A DNA stretch of 64,000 bases from Clostridia bacterium (GTDB lineage Bacteria; Bacillota; Clostridia; UBA1212; DUPL01): the NCBI GenBank assembly GCA_050951325.1, contig JBMNIW010000003.1, positions 160,001-224,000 on the forward strand, read 5' to 3'. How positions within the stretch are numbered: position 1 is the stretch's first letter; each line of letters starts with the position of its first letter. The notes below the pieces were generated by a model. That model was not told where the DNA came from and did not search any database. It was given only the letters and a program-made list of their open reading frames with translations. Made by a program: the position numbers and the translations under genes. Shown one piece after another: positions 1 through 10,864 of the stretch.

Positions 1-238
1 GATAAAATCTGTTACGTATGCCGATTCTGTCTATTTTATCAACATGGCTTTCCGTCATAAAGCCTGTGGCAATATTGTCAATTCCAAAATTGAACAAGGC
101 TTTGGAAACATTGATTCCTTTTCCACCCATATCAATGTGTGTATTTTCTATGTAGTTTGTTGCTCCCAATTTGAATCCCTTTATATAAACGGTTTTGTCT
201 ATGGAAGGATTCAAAGTAACAGTCAAAACCCTTGTCAA
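1..238 (-). CDS. 1-phosphofructokinase-like PfkB family sugar kinase, 5' part (runs off the window)
   Basis: Not in the ORF track. Manual translation from TTG at 238 gives MTRVLTVTLNPSIDKTVY...DMGGKGINVSKAL...ATGF, the PfkB/FruK N-terminal signature. Confidence 0.85.
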   Translation of the reverse strand, partial: MTRVLTVTLNPSIDKTVYIKGFKLGATNYIENTHIDMGGKGINVSKALFNFGIDNIATGFMTESHVDKIDRIGIRNRFY

Positions 239-1135
239 CTATATCTGCCCCACCCTTATTTTCCGGTTCACAACCTCAAACAATACTTCCTTTACTTTAG
301 AAAGTTCGCCATCTATATTCAGACTTACAAATCCATTGTTACATTTTACATGAAGCTTCCTGCATTTGAAGAAATTCACTTCCTTCAATTTGCCATGATT
401 ACCTTTTGCGTACATCGGAAAGAAAATAGGGACTTTGATTCGTCTTACCTTGTCCACCAGACACACGTCGAAACATCCATCTTGAATGTCGGCTCCAGGT
501 ACTGGAATTATACCTCCACCGTAATATCTGCCATTTGCCACAGCCAGCAGAGTTGTATTGTTGTCAAAGGTTTCCTTATCGTCAACCGTTATAGTCAAGG
601 GATAGAACTTCATTCTGACAAAAGTTGTGAACACGCTTAAATAGTATGCCAGTCCTTTGGGAATAAACTTATTCTTTTTGTAGGCAATTGCATTTGCAAC
701 AACCTGTGCATCAAATCCCAAGGACGAAATATTTAAAAAGTACCTGTCGTTTGCCTTGCAAAGATCTATTTCAATATATGAACAGCTTACCGCCCTGTCT
801 ATAAGCTTTCTTAAGTCCTTTTCTTTTTTGTATCCAAGACTTCTTACAAAGTCGTTTCCAGAGCCAAGTGGTATAGGCACCAAAACAGCTTCCTTGTTGC
901 CGCTTTCCACGATGCCATTCGCAACTTCATTAAGCGTGCCGTCCCCTCCAATGGAGTATATTCTTATATCGGCATGATTGGCAGCCGCTTCAAAGGCAAG
1001 TTGCCGAGCATGCCAGACATGCTCGGTAACGTTGTATGCATAGGATTCGGTTTTAAGAATATCTTTCAATATCTCAATTACTTCTTCATGTTGTATGCGC
1101 CCAGCTACAGGATTTATTATGAAATAATGGTACAT
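239..1135 (-). CDS. Diacylglycerol/lipid kinase family protein (YegS/DgkB-like)
   Basis: IINPVAG, GGDGTLNEV, PLGSGNDF, NGRYYGGG and IDGE motifs. Confidence 0.9.
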   Translation of the reverse strand: MYHYFIINPVAGRIQHEEVIEILKDILKTESYAYNVTEHVWHARQLAFEAAANHADIRIYSIGGDGTLNEVANGIVESGNKEAVLVPIPLGSGNDFVRSLGYKKEKDLRKLIDRAVSCSYIEIDLCKANDRYFLNISSLGFDAQVVANAIAYKKNKFIPKGLAYYLSVFTTFVRMKFYPLTITVDDKETFDNNTTLLAVANGRYYGGGIIPVPGADIQDGCFDVCLVDKVRRIKVPIFFPMYAKGNHGKLKEVNFFKCRKLHVKCNNGFVSLNIDGELSKVKEVLFEVVNRKIRVGQI

Positions 1136-1155
1136 CTATTAACCCTCAATTATTA

Positions 1156-1455
1156 TTATTCGCTTTCTACTTCCTCTTCCTCTTCATCTTCAAACTGCGA
1201 AATAAATGCTTCGAGAACATTTTTGCAAACCTCTTCGTCCTCTACGAGAGTAAAAATCGGTTCCTTGTTTTCAATTTCCACGCGCATGATAACAACATTC
1301 ATCTCGTCATCGTCTTTCTCTTCCTCTTCGACTGTTGTAATTACTGCGTACAGCTCTTCTTCAACTGCAACAAAATCCAACAATTCAAACGTAAACGTAT
1401 TACCTTCCTCATCAGTCAACTCAAAGATTTGACCAGCTTCAATTTCATTCGCCAT
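1156..1455 (-). CDS. DUF1292 family acidic protein
   Basis: LTDEEGN..FE motif, very acidic, in the conserved ireB-ruvX-DUF1292 order. Confidence 0.8.
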   Translation of the reverse strand: MANEIEAGQIFELTDEEGNTFTFELLDFVAVEEELYAVITTVEEEEKDDDEMNVVIMRVEIENKEPIFTLVEDEEVCKNVLEAFISQFEDEEEEEVESE

Positions 1456-1885
1456 TATTTTTTTCCTCCTTAATTATTATGCTGTCAAGATAAGACTGCA
1501 GTATCAATACGGCTGCTATCTCGTCTTTTACACCTTTTCTTCGACTACTAATATTTAAGTCTCTCATAATTCTTCCTGCGGCAACAGTTGTAAGTCTTTC
1601 GTCCCACTTCACGGTTTTTATATCCGGGAACTTTTCTGTCAGTTGTGTTATGAATAAATCTGTTATTTCCGCCCTGGGTCCTTTTGTTCCGTTCATGTTC
1701 AAAGGATACCCCACAACTATAGTTTCTGTCTGGTACTCCTTGATATACTGGCCAATAATGTCAAAAACCTCGTTTTTGTATTTCTTGACATCAATAAATC
1801 CCAATGAAGAAGCAGTCCACCCAAACGCATCGCTTACGCTGACACCTATTCTTCTGTCGCCGTAATCTATACCAAGCACTCTCAT
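1445..1885 (-). CDS. ruvX: YqgF/RuvX pre-16S rRNA nuclease
   Basis: LGIDYGDRRIGV, VVGYP, WDERLTT and AAVLILQSYLD motifs. Confidence 0.93.
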   Translation of the reverse strand: MRVLGIDYGDRRIGVSVSDAFGWTASSLGFIDVKKYKNEVFDIIGQYIKEYQTETIVVGYPLNMNGTKGPRAEITDLFITQLTEKFPDIKTVKWDERLTTVAAGRIMRDLNISSRRKGVKDEIAAVLILQSYLDSIIIKEEKNNGE

Positions 1886-1894
1886 AGAGCATCA

Positions 1895-2158
1895 TCAGTC
1901 TTGAGGTGTTTCAAGGTAATATTTGAAGAGCTCTTCCACTATTTCATCCCTTTCAACCCTCGTTACCAGAGCTCTTGCATTCTTGTGATTCGTTATATAT
2001 GTTGGGTCGCCAGACATTATATAACCTACCAACTGGCTTATGGGATTGTAACCTTTTTCCTTCAAGGCTTCATATACTTCCGTAAGCACTACCCTTGTCT
2101 CGTTTTGCTGTTCTTTTTCCCGTTTGTAAAACACAGTCTTGTTATCCATTTTAACCAC
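1895..2158 (-). CDS. ireB: IreB/ReoM family regulatory phosphoprotein (UPF0297)
   Basis: [29 protein letters not shown]...ERDEIVEEL. Confidence 0.92.
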   Translation of the reverse strand: MVKMDNKTVFYKREKEQQNETRVVLTEVYEALKEKGYNPISQLVGYIMSGDPTYITNHKNARALVTRVERDEIVEELFKYYLETPQD

Positions 2159-2224
2159 CCATCCTTAATTGGCTAAGCTAAGTGAATATTATCACACTTG
2201 CATCTTCATAGCAATACAGTATAT

Positions 2225-3523
2225 TTATATTCTTTCACCTATACACTCATTACCTGTAACACCAGTTATCCTGACAAGAATTAATTCGCCTTCCTTAAAA
2301 TCCTCTTCATTGACTACAACCTTTACATAATTGCCGGTATACCCCACACAATCCTTCTCACACAGTACATCCAGAACCTTACCTGTCATGCTGCCAAGAA
2401 ACCTTTGCTCCAAGTCCATTCCAAGAGCAATCATTCTGTCGACTCTTTCCTTCTTCACAGAATTTTCAATCTGATCCTTCATTTTATACGCAACAGTGCC
2501 TTTTCTTGGAGAGAACGGAAACACATGTATGCGTGAAAATCCAACACTCCTTACAAACTCAAGACTTTCCAAAAACTCTTCTTCCGTTTCGCCAGGAAAA
2601 CCAACCATAACATCGGTAGTTATGGCACAGTCTGGCATGTATTTTCTAATCGTGTCCACAATTTCCATGTATTCATCCGTTGTATACTTTCTGTTCATCC
2701 TCTTCAAAACGGAATCACTTCCGCTTTGCAACGACAAATGAAAATGTCTGCAAAACTTTTGGTTTTCGGACAAAGCTTTTATAACTTCATCACTCAAATA
2801 CATGGGATCAAGAGAACCAAGCCTCACCCTCTTTATCTTTTCAACACTTGAAGCAGCGCTTACTGCGTCCTTAAGTGTAACTCTGGGTTCAAGATCCTTT
2901 CCATAGGAAGCCAAATGGATGCCTACAAGCACAACTTCCAAAAATCCCATGTTGGCAACCTTCTCAACCTCATTTCTCAGACTTTCCAATGTCCTGCTTC
3001 TTACAGGACCTCTTGCGTATGGAATTATGCAATACGAGCAAAACTGGGAACAGCCGTCCTGAATCTTTATAAACGCTCTTGTATGGCCTTCAAATCTTGA
3101 AATTGACAGCTCCTCAAACGGCAGTTCAACCCTGAAATCCGTAGCATTTACATCCACCGTAGGCTCATTTGCCTCTTTCTTGTTCTTGAGGAGTTCCTCC
3201 GCCATTTCAAGAAGCTTTGATCTGTTTTGCGTCCCTATTACAATATCCACGCCCTCAATTTGTGCAACCTCATCCGGCGCAACCTGACTGTAGCATCCCA
3301 TAACGGCAACCACCGCATTTGGATTCAGTCTGTGGCATTTTCTTATCATTTGTCTGTTCTTTGCGTCACTCATCTGAGTCACGCTGCAAGTATTGATTAT
3401 ATATACATCTGCTTTTTCGCTAAAGGGTACCACCGTATACCCTTTATTAAGAAACATCTCCAAAACCGCTTCTGTTTCGTATTGATTTACTTTGCATCCT
3501 ATCGTATATGTTGCTACCTTCAT
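2225..3523 (-). CDS. mtaB: tRNA t6A37 methylthiotransferase MtaB
   Basis: GCKVNQYE, NTCSVT, radical SAM motif CSQFCSYC. Start moved to ATG 3523 after a GAAGGAG RBS. Confidence 0.92.
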   Translation of the reverse strand: MKVATYTIGCKVNQYETEAVLEMFLNKGYTVVPFSEKADVYIINTCSVTQMSDAKNRQMIRKCHRLNPNAVVAVMGCYSQVAPDEVAQIEGVDIVIGTQNRSKLLEMAEELLKNKKEANEPTVDVNATDFRVELPFEELSISRFEGHTRAFIKIQDGCSQFCSYCIIPYARGPVRSRTLESLRNEVEKVANMGFLEVVLVGIHLASYGKDLEPRVTLKDAVSAASSVEKIKRVRLGSLDPMYLSDEVIKALSENQKFCRHFHLSLQSGSDSVLKRMNRKYTTDEYMEIVDTIRKYMPDCAITTDVMVGFPGETEEEFLESLEFVRSVGFSRIHVFPFSPRKGTVAYKMKDQIENSVKKERVDRMIALGMDLEQRFLGSMTGKVLDVLCEKDCVGYTGNYVKVVVNEEDFKEGELILVRITGVTGNECIGERI

Positions 3524-3601
3524 TAATACTCCTTCTGTAATAAAAAGCACATGATTATCCACCATGCGCATTTTACAGTGCATATTTCATTGCAAGAAAG
3601 A

Positions 3602-3844
3602 TTACTCCTCAACAATGAAATCCTTGATTTTGTCAACAAATCCATCGCAGCAGTGGTCCTCGTTGCAGTGCAGTTCCAGCTTGATTGGTCTTGACAAATC
3701 AAGGGAGAATATGCCCATGATTGACTTTGCGTCTACAATATAGCGACCTGAAGAAAGATCCGCTTCACATGTTAGTGTTGTAGCTGCATTAACAAATCTT
3801 TTAACATCGTCGATCGATTTCAACATGATCATGTAAGTCTTCAT
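3602..3844 (-). CDS. HPr-family protein lacking the His15 phosphocarrier site
   Basis: VDAKSIMGIFSL (Ser46 motif) is present; no GLHARP motif. Confidence 0.85.
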   Translation of the reverse strand: MKTYMIMLKSIDDVKRFVNAATTLTCEADLSSGRYIVDAKSIMGIFSLDLSRPIKLELHCNEDHCCDGFVDKIKDFIVEE

Positions 3845-3940
3845 TAAAACACACTTCCTTTTCATCTTTTACTATTGGTAAAATAAAACCATAGTCTTAT
3901 AGTAATTTAATCTGCCACTTTTGTCAACAACATTATGCCC

Positions 3941-4207
3941 CTATAAAACGCTAAAAACAATATCAAAAACCAATACCAATATTATGATAAAACTAACGAA
4001 ATCAAAGCTGAAATTATCTATGTTGTCCGCTCTCGAATCCTTGATGACTTCCGCCTTCACAAGAGAAATATAGCAGCCAAAAAGAAACAAGAGTCCTGCA
4101 ACAATATATATAAAGGAAAACTTCTTTACCATTATCCATACGGCTGTTGCAAGATAAGATGCTAAAAATACAAGTCTCAATTTGGGTCTTATGTTTAAGA
4201 ATTTCAT
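3941..4207 (-). CDS. Small membrane protein with about 3 TM helices
   Basis: Hydrophobic stretches; AAAGGAG upstream of MKFLNIRPK at 4207. Confidence 0.55.
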   Translation of the reverse strand: MKFLNIRPKLRLVFLASYLATAVWIMVKKFSFIYIVAGLLFLFGCYISLVKAEVIKDSRADNIDNFSFDFVSFIIILVLVFDIVFSVL

Positions 4208-4355
4208 AAGCTTCACAACTCCTTTATTGAAGTATAATTTAATCAAAAACTTCTGTAAAGGTATACCATTTCTATCAATGGAGGATAAAGTTTTTCTCAT
4301 GAACAAATAATATGATTTGGAAAGGAAAACTTCATCAAATGATAACATCTTTTCA

Positions 4356-4415
4356 TTGACACTGTAACACTATCATGTTACAATTTAACAAGCAGAATGT
4401 TCCAAAGTAACATTC
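4356..4415 (+). promoter_or_regulatory. Sigma-A promoter of the dehydrogenase operon with overlapping inverted repeats
   Basis: TTGACA(4356)-17-TACAAT(4379); TGTAACA-N6-TGTTACA at 4363-4382; GAATGTT-N7-AACATTC at 4395-4415. Confidence 0.7.
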
Positions 4416-4449
4416 CGTGATAATTTTAAACTTTGCAAGGAGGTCAACT

Positions 4450-6174
4450 ATGGCTACAGCAGTAATAATGCCTAGACAAGGGCAGACAGTTGAGAGTTGT
4501 ATAATCTCAAACTGGCACAAAAAAGTTGGCGACAAGGTTAATGTTGGTGACATTCTATTCACTTACGAAACCGACAAGGCTACCTTTGACGAGGAAGCAA
4601 AAGTCGAAGGAACTTTGCTCGCAATCTTCTTCCAGGAGGGAGACGATGTGCCGGTTCTAACAAATGTCTGCGTTATTGGCAATGAAGGCGAGGATTATAA
4701 CGAATTCATACCTGAAGGAGCCGACACGCAGAAAGCGGAAGAAATAAAGCCAGCGGAAGAAAAAGTGGAGGTAAAGGTCGAGAAAGTTGCAAAAAAAGCA
4801 ACAGGCCAGTCCAATGCAACACCTGTTATCATGCCAAGACAGGGTAACACTGTTGAAAGCTGTATTATTTCACAGTGGCACAAAAAAGTTGGCGACAAGG
4901 TTAATGTTGGCGACATACTTTTCACTTATGAAACCGACAAGGCTACATTTGACGCAGAAGCAAAAGTCGAAGGAACTTTACTTGCCATCTTCTTTGAAGA
5001 AGGCGACGACGTACCAGTTTTAATGAATGTTGCTGCAATTGGTGAAGAAGGAGACGACTACTCCGATTTCATACCAGGCGGCGTAGCAGAAGTGGAAGAA
5101 GAAGTGGCCGCACCAGCACCTGCAGCTGCACCACAAGCACCTGTAAAGCAGGTTGCTGCGGAAGAGAAAGCAAGTGTTACAGATACCGGCAGAATCATGA
5201 TTTCCCCACGCGCTCGCAATCTGGCAGAGAAAGCAGGAGTAAATCCAATGTTCGTCAGCGGCAAGGGACCTTACGGCAGAATTATAGAGAGCGATATAAA
5301 AGATTTTATTGCACAAGGTGGAGCAACCACATACGCTGCAATGGACAAGGCAACAAAGGATATGGCCGGAACAGGCATTGGTGGAAGAGTTACCACTTCC
5401 GATTTGACTGCACAACCGGCACCACAAGCACAGGTAGCTGCCAGCACACCTGCACCTGTAAAGGAAGCTGCTCCATTTGTAGAGTACGAAGATGTAAAGC
5501 TGCCTAATATTAGGAAGGTAATTGCAAAAGCAATGCATCACTCCTTGTCCAGCATGGCCCAACTTACACTGAATGCTTCATTCGATGCTACAAACATTAT
5601 GGAGTTCAGAAAACAGGTCAAGGCCAACAAGGACAAACTTGGTCTGGAAAACATTACAATCAACGACATTATTCTTTATGCAGTGTCCAGAACAGTACTC
5701 AACCACAGGGATTGCAATGCTCATTTCCTTGATGACACAATGAGATACTTCAACACTGTAAATCTCGGTGTTGCAGTGGATACACCTAGAGGACTTATGG
5801 TTCCAACCCTGTTCAATGCAGAGAGAAAGTCTCTTAACGAGATTTCAAAAGAGGCAAAATCAATTGCACAGATGGCGCAAAGCGGAAATATTAATCCCGA
5901 TCTGCTTCAAGGTGGTACAATTACAATAACCAATCTTGGTACTTTGGGCATCGAGTCCTTTACACCTGTAATCAACCCACCACAGACTTGCATATTGGGA
6001 GTCAACACCCTCGAGACAAGGGTCAAGAATGTTAATGGCGAAATGAAGATGTATCAGGCCATGACCTTGTCACTGACCTTTGACCACAGGGCGCTTGACG
6101 GAGCACCTGCCGCAAGATTCTTGCAGGAGCTTTGCAGGAACCTTGAAAACTTTTCAATATTACTAGCAAAATAA
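4450..6174 (+). CDS. Dihydrolipoamide acyltransferase E2 with two lipoyl domains
   Basis: Two ETDKA lipoyl motifs, ISPRARNLA E3-binding domain, catalytic DHRALDG. Confidence 0.93.
   Translation: MATAVIMPRQGQTVESCIISNWHKKVGDKVNVGDILFTYETDKATFDEEAKVEGTLLAIFFQEGDDVPVLTNVCVIGNEGEDYNEFIPEGADTQKAEEIKPAEEKVEVKVEKVAKKATGQSNATPVIMPRQGNTVESCIISQWHKKVGDKVNVGDILFTYETDKATFDAEAKVEGTLLAIFFEEGDDVPVLMNVAAIGEEGDDYSDFIPGGVAEVEEEVAAPAPAAAPQAPVKQVAAEEKASVTDTGRIMISPRARNLAEKAGVNPMFVSGKGPYGRIIESDIKDFIAQGGATTYAAMDKATKDMAGTGIGGRVTTSDLTAQPAPQAQVAASTPAPVKEAAPFVEYEDVKLPNIRKVIAKAMHHSLSSMAQLTLNASFDATNIMEFRKQVKANKDKLGLENITINDIILYAVSRTVLNHRDCNAHFLDDTMRYFNTVNLGVAVDTPRGLMVPTLFNAERKSLNEISKEAKSIAQMAQSGNINPDLLQGGTITITNLGTLGIESFTPVINPPQTCILGVNTLETRVKNVNGEMKMYQAMTLSLTFDHRALDGAPAARFLQELCRNLENFSILLAK
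4468..5069 (+). repeat. Intragenic duplication of the lipoyl domain (about 4468-4706 and 4831-5069)
   Basis: Near-identical DNA, e.g. TGGCACAAAAAAGTTGGCGACAAGGTTAATGTTGG in both copies, 363-bp offset. Confidence 0.85.
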
Positions 6175-6188
6175 ATGAGGTGTGATAT

Positions 6189-7553
6189 ATGGTTTATGAT
6201 TTGATAGTTATAGGTGGCGGACCTGCCGGTTATCTGGCAGCGGAACGCGCAGGCAAGGAAGGCTTTAAGGTTCTGCTTGTTGAAAAAAGATTCATCGGCG
6301 GAGTTTGTCTGAACGAAGGATGTATTCCTTCAAAGGCCCTTCTCTACTCTGCAAAACTCTATGACGGAGTTGCAAATGGAGAAAAATACGGAGTTACTGC
6401 AAAGGAACTCAAGCTCGACCATGATTATGTAATCAAAAGAAAGAACAAGGTTGTAAGGACTCTTGTTGGCGGTATTAATTCTTCACTTAAGAAGAACAAG
6501 GTAACCGTTGTCATGAAGGAAGGTACTATCACCGGAAGAAATGCTGACGGATTTACCGTAAAGGCTGGCGATGATGTCTACACCGGCAAAAAACTCCTCA
6601 TTGCTACAGGTTCCGTGCCTGTCGTACCCCCTATTCCAGGTGTCAAGGAAGGTCTTGAATCAGGATTTGTCCTCACAAACAGAGAGATTCTGGATCTTAC
6701 GGAAGTGCCAAAGGAATTGTGTATTGTTGGCGGCGGAGTCATAGGACTTGAAATGGCCTCATATTTCAACTCAGCAGGTTCCAATGTAACCGTGGTTGAA
6801 ATGATGGACAAGATTGCAGGTCCGATGGACAGGGAAATATCCGAAATTCTTCTTAAGAACTACCAGAAGAAAGGTATCACCTTCAATCTGGGCAGCAGGG
6901 TAACTGAAGTCAAGGCAGGCATGGTAATATATGAAAAGGATGGCAAATCCTACGAAGTTCCATGCGACAAGGTACTTCTCAGCATCGGAAGAAGAGCCTT
7001 CACCGAAGGTCTTGGTCTTGAAACCATAGGCGTAGAGGTTGAAAGAGGTAGAATCATAACCGATGAGCGCAGCAGGACAAATATTGCTGGCGTATACGCA
7101 GCCGGCGACGTCAACGGCAAATCCATGCTGGCACACACCGCTTACAGGGAAACCGAAGTTGCCTTGAATGACATTCTTGGCAAGAAGGATATCATGCGCT
7201 ACAACGCAATCCCATCCGTTATCTACACCAACCCCGAGGTCGCTGCGGTTGGCGAAACTGAAGAAACTGCAAAAGCCAAGGGAATTGACTTTGAAGTTGT
7301 CAAGCTTTCAATGATGTATTCAGGCAGATACGTTGCTGAAAACGAAGGTGGCGACGGCATCATCAAGATACTCATTGACAAGAAGTATAGAAATGTTATT
7401 GGCGTTCACATGATTGGCAATTATTCATCAGAAATAATTTACGGTGCTGGAATAATGATTGAAACCCAGATGAGAATTGACGACATCAAGGAAATCGTAT
7501 TCCCTCATCCAACAGTTTGTGAAGTCATTAGAGAAGGAATATTTGAATTTTAA
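6189..7553 (+). CDS. lpdA: Dihydrolipoamide dehydrogenase E3
   Basis: [17 protein letters not shown] redox disulfide, [14 protein letters not shown]. Confidence 0.95.
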   Translation: MVYDLIVIGGGPAGYLAAERAGKEGFKVLLVEKRFIGGVCLNEGCIPSKALLYSAKLYDGVANGEKYGVTAKELKLDHDYVIKRKNKVVRTLVGGINSSLKKNKVTVVMKEGTITGRNADGFTVKAGDDVYTGKKLLIATGSVPVVPPIPGVKEGLESGFVLTNREILDLTEVPKELCIVGGGVIGLEMASYFNSAGSNVTVVEMMDKIAGPMDREISEILLKNYQKKGITFNLGSRVTEVKAGMVIYEKDGKSYEVPCDKVLLSIGRRAFTEGLGLETIGVEVERGRIITDERSRTNIAGVYAAGDVNGKSMLAHTAYRETEVALNDILGKKDIMRYNAIPSVIYTNPEVAAVGETEETAKAKGIDFEVVKLSMMYSGRYVAENEGGDGIIKILIDKKYRNVIGVHMIGNYSSEIIYGAGIMIETQMRIDDIKEIVFPHPTVCEVIREGIFEF

Positions 7554-7573
7554 AGTATAAAGGAGTGTATGAA

Positions 7574-10045
7574 ATGCCTAAATCTCTATTTATTGATCCA
7601 AAAGAAGTTAGAAAAAGCGATTGGATTGAGTTTGGTAAGATACCTGTAAACCAATACAATAAATCAATCGAGGAAGAAAAAGAAAACTATACTACCGACG
7701 ATTTTCTGAGAATCTATACCCATATGAAAATTATTAATGAATTTGAGGGTATGATTAACAGCATTAAAACCACCGGCGAATACAACGGTATTGCCTACAA
7801 CCATCCAGGACCTGCCCATCTGTCAATTGGTCAGGAAGCTTCCGCTGTTGGTCAGGCTTACCTTTTGACAGTTGACGATTTCATCTTCGGTTCCCACAGA
7901 AGCCATGGTGAAATTCTTGCAAAAGGTCTTTCAGCCATTCATCAACTGGACGACAACAAGCTCATGGAAATCATGGAAAGTTACTTTGATGGTGCAATAC
8001 TTAAAATAGTTGAGAAAGACCAGAAGAGTGTAAAGGAACTTGCTACAGACTTCCTTATCTATGGAACACTCGCAGAAATTTTTGCCCGCGATACCGGTTT
8101 CCACAGAGGTCTTGGCGGTTCAATGCACGCATTCTTCACACCCTTCGGAATCTATCCAAACAACGCAATAGTTGGTGGAAGTGCAACTATTGCAACAGGA
8201 AGTGCCCTGTTCAAGAAGGTAAACAGAAAGAACGGCATTGTTATTGCGAACATAGGCGACGCATCCCTTGGAAGAGGCCCGGTTTGGGAAGCAATGTGCT
8301 TTGCAACAATGGACCAATTCACCCAGCTTTGGGAAGGCGATATGAACGGCGGACTGCCCATCATATTCAACTTCTTCAACAACCAGTACGGTATGGGAGG
8401 ACAGACCAGCGGAGAAACCATGGGACAAGGATTACTTGCAAGATTTGGCGCTGGCGTAAATCCAGACATGATGCACGCAGAGCGTGTTGACGGATACAAC
8501 CCACTGGCAGTAATCGACGCTATCAGAAGAAAGAAGAGAATAATCGAAGAAAAGAGAGGTCCAGTGCTTCTAGATACACTCACCTACAGAGTATCCGGAC
8601 ACTCACCTTCCGATGCATCCAGCTACAGAAGCAAGGACGAAATCGACGCTTGGATCGAGGCAAACGCTATCGACGAGTACAAGAACAAGCTGATCGATGC
8701 AAAGGTTGCTACAGAAGACCAGTTCAACGAAATCAGCGAACAGGTTACTACATTGATTACAAAACTCACTGCTATGTCTGTGGACGAAAAGGTATCACCA
8801 CGCATGGATCTTGTAAAGAACCCACGCGCTATAGAAGACCTTATGTTCTCCAACGAGCATGTCGAGAAGATGGAAGACAGAGAGCCGGAAGTATTGATGC
8901 CTCTTGAAGAAAATCCACGTGTCAAGCAGCTTAAGAGAAAAGAAAGATTTGCTTTCGACAAGGATGGCAAACCCGTATCCAAGAACAGGGTATTCCAGCT
9001 CAGGGATGCATTGTTCGAATCAATTATAGAGAAGTTCTACACCGACCCAACATTGGTTGCATACGGTGAGGAAAACAGAGACTGGGGCGGAGCTTTTGCA
9101 GTGTATAGAGGACTTACCGAGTCACTTCCATATCACAGACTGTTCAACTCCCCTATTTCCGAGGCCGCTATCGTAGGCTCAGCGGTTGGTTACGCACTCA
9201 GCGGTGGCCGCGCTATCGTAGAGCTTATGTACGCAGACTTTATAGGATGCGCAGGAGACGAAATCTTCAACCAGATGTCTAAGTGGCAGGCAATGAGTGC
9301 TGGTGTATTGAAGATGCCTGTAGTACTGAGAGTATCCGTTGGTTCAAAATACGGTGCACAACACTCACAGGATTGGACTACGTTGTGTGCTCACATTCCC
9401 GGACTGAAGGTAGCCTTCCCTGCTACTCCATACGATGCAAAAGGTCTTATGAACAGTGCTCTTTCCGGAACCGATCCAGTAGTATTCTTTGAGAGCCAGA
9501 GAATTTACGATATCGGCGAGATGTTCCACGAAGGCGGAGTGCCAGAAGAATATTACGAAATCCCATTTGGCGAGCCTGATATAAAGAAGGCAGGAAGCGA
9601 CATCACAATACTTACAGTTGGAGCTACTCTGTACACAGCTCTTGAGGCTGCAAAAATCCTCGAAGAGAAGTATGGAATCTCAGCTGAAGTTATTGATGCA
9701 AGAACTCTCGTTCCTTTCAACTACGAAAAAGTGCTTGAGTCCGTCAAGAAGACAGGCCGCATAGTACTTGCCAGCGATGCAGTACAGCGTGGTTCATATC
9801 TGAACGACATTGCACAGAACATCAGTGAGATGGCATTTGATTATCTGGATGCCCCACCTGTTGTAGTTGGCTCAAAGAACTGGATTACACCAGCTCACGA
9901 ATACGAGCAGTTCTTCTTCCCACAACCATCCTGGTTCCTTGATGCGATTAATGAAAAGATTCTACCATTAAAGGGACATGAACCTACTCCAGGTGTTAAC
10001 TTCACTACAGGGGAGAGAATAAGAATATCCAAGAAGGGTGTCTAG
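7574..10045 (+). CDS. Fused E1 alpha/beta TPP-dependent dehydrogenase
   Basis: [21 protein letters not shown]...NN TPP motif, then beta part with PISEAAIVG and QHSQ. Confidence 0.9.
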   Translation: MPKSLFIDPKEVRKSDWIEFGKIPVNQYNKSIEEEKENYTTDDFLRIYTHMKIINEFEGMINSIKTTGEYNGIAYNHPGPAHLSIGQEASAVGQAYLLTVDDFIFGSHRSHGEILAKGLSAIHQLDDNKLMEIMESYFDGAILKIVEKDQKSVKELATDFLIYGTLAEIFARDTGFHRGLGGSMHAFFTPFGIYPNNAIVGGSATIATGSALFKKVNRKNGIVIANIGDASLGRGPVWEAMCFATMDQFTQLWEGDMNGGLPIIFNFFNNQYGMGGQTSGETMGQGLLARFGAGVNPDMMHAERVDGYNPLAVIDAIRRKKRIIEEKRGPVLLDTLTYRVSGHSPSDASSYRSKDEIDAWIEANAIDEYKNKLIDAKVATEDQFNEISEQVTTLITKLTAMSVDEKVSPRMDLVKNPRAIEDLMFSNEHVEKMEDREPEVLMPLEENPRVKQLKRKERFAFDKDGKPVSKNRVFQLRDALFESIIEKFYTDPTLVAYGEENRDWGGAFAVYRGLTESLPYHRLFNSPISEAAIVGSAVGYALSGGRAIVELMYADFIGCAGDEIFNQMSKWQAMSAGVLKMPVVLRVSVGSKYGAQHSQDWTTLCAHIPGLKVAFPATPYDAKGLMNSALSGTDPVVFFESQRIYDIGEMFHEGGVPEEYYEIPFGEPDIKKAGSDITILTVGATLYTALEAAKILEEKYGISAEVIDARTLVPFNYEKVLESVKKTGRIVLASDAVQRGSYLNDIAQNISEMAFDYLDAPPVVVGSKNWITPAHEYEQFFFPQPSWFLDAINEKILPLKGHEPTPGVNFTTGERIRISKKGV

Positions 10046-10814
10046 GTTGTTGAATGAAAGGCAAAATACAATTCTGAACTTAATAGAAGACAAAGGAGAT
10101 GTATCCATACAGGAAATCAGCGATGTGATTTCCGGCGTGTCAGTCATGACGATTCGTCGTGACCTGGCACTCCTTGAAAACGAAGGATACATTCTAAGAA
10201 CCCGTGGTGGTGCTGTAAGCTTAAAAAAGCTTGCAGCTTCACCTACTGGTGAGGAAGACGAATACTCAAGACGTGCCCGTGAAAACATGGAAGAAAAGAA
10301 AATCATTGCAGAAAAAGCCCTAAGGTTTGTCAACAGGGACTGTTCCATGTTCTTCGACTCTGGAAGCACGATTATGAGTCTTGCGTGTATTTTGCCAGAT
10401 GACAGCTACAATATAATTACCACAGGTGCAAACATAGCACAAAAACTGGTATCCAATACCTCCGCATCAGTAATGATGCCCGGTGGTACTGTTAACAAGT
10501 ACACCCTATCCGTATCAGGACCCATTGCACTGGATTTCATAAACAAAGTAAACATAGAAATTGCATTCATGTCCGCATCCGCATTCTCGCTTGAATCGGG
10601 CTTTTCCGTAGCAAACATATATGAGGCGGAATTAAAAAGACATGTCGTAAAAAAAGCAAATAAATCTATTATGTTGTTGGATTCCAGCAAAATAGATAAA
10701 AATCTTCTGTTTACCGTATGTAATTTCAGCGACATTGACGTTCTGATATGCGACAGGAAACTTCCAAAGGAATATCAGGAAAAAGCAAAGAAATTTAATA
10801 TAGAATTGATATAA
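10038..10814 (+). CDS. DeoR/GlpR family transcriptional regulator
   Basis: [26 protein letters not shown]; overlaps the E1 stop. Confidence 0.93.
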   Translation: MSRLLNERQNTILNLIEDKGDVSIQEISDVISGVSVMTIRRDLALLENEGYILRTRGGAVSLKKLAASPTGEEDEYSRRARENMEEKKIIAEKALRFVNRDCSMFFDSGSTIMSLACILPDDSYNIITTGANIAQKLVSNTSASVMMPGGTVNKYTLSVSGPIALDFINKVNIEIAFMSASAFSLESGFSVANIYEAELKRHVVKKANKSIMLLDSSKIDKNLLFTVCNFSDIDVLICDRKLPKEYQEKAKKFNIELI

Positions 10815-10819
10815 CATGC

Positions 10820-10861
10820 AAAAAAAAGGACATGGACCAAATCAGGTTCATGTCCTTTTTT
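10820..10861. terminator. Bidirectional intrinsic terminator
   Basis: A-tract GGACATGGACC-loop-GGTTCATGTCC T-tract between convergent genes. Confidence 0.85.
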
Positions 10862-10864
10862 AGA

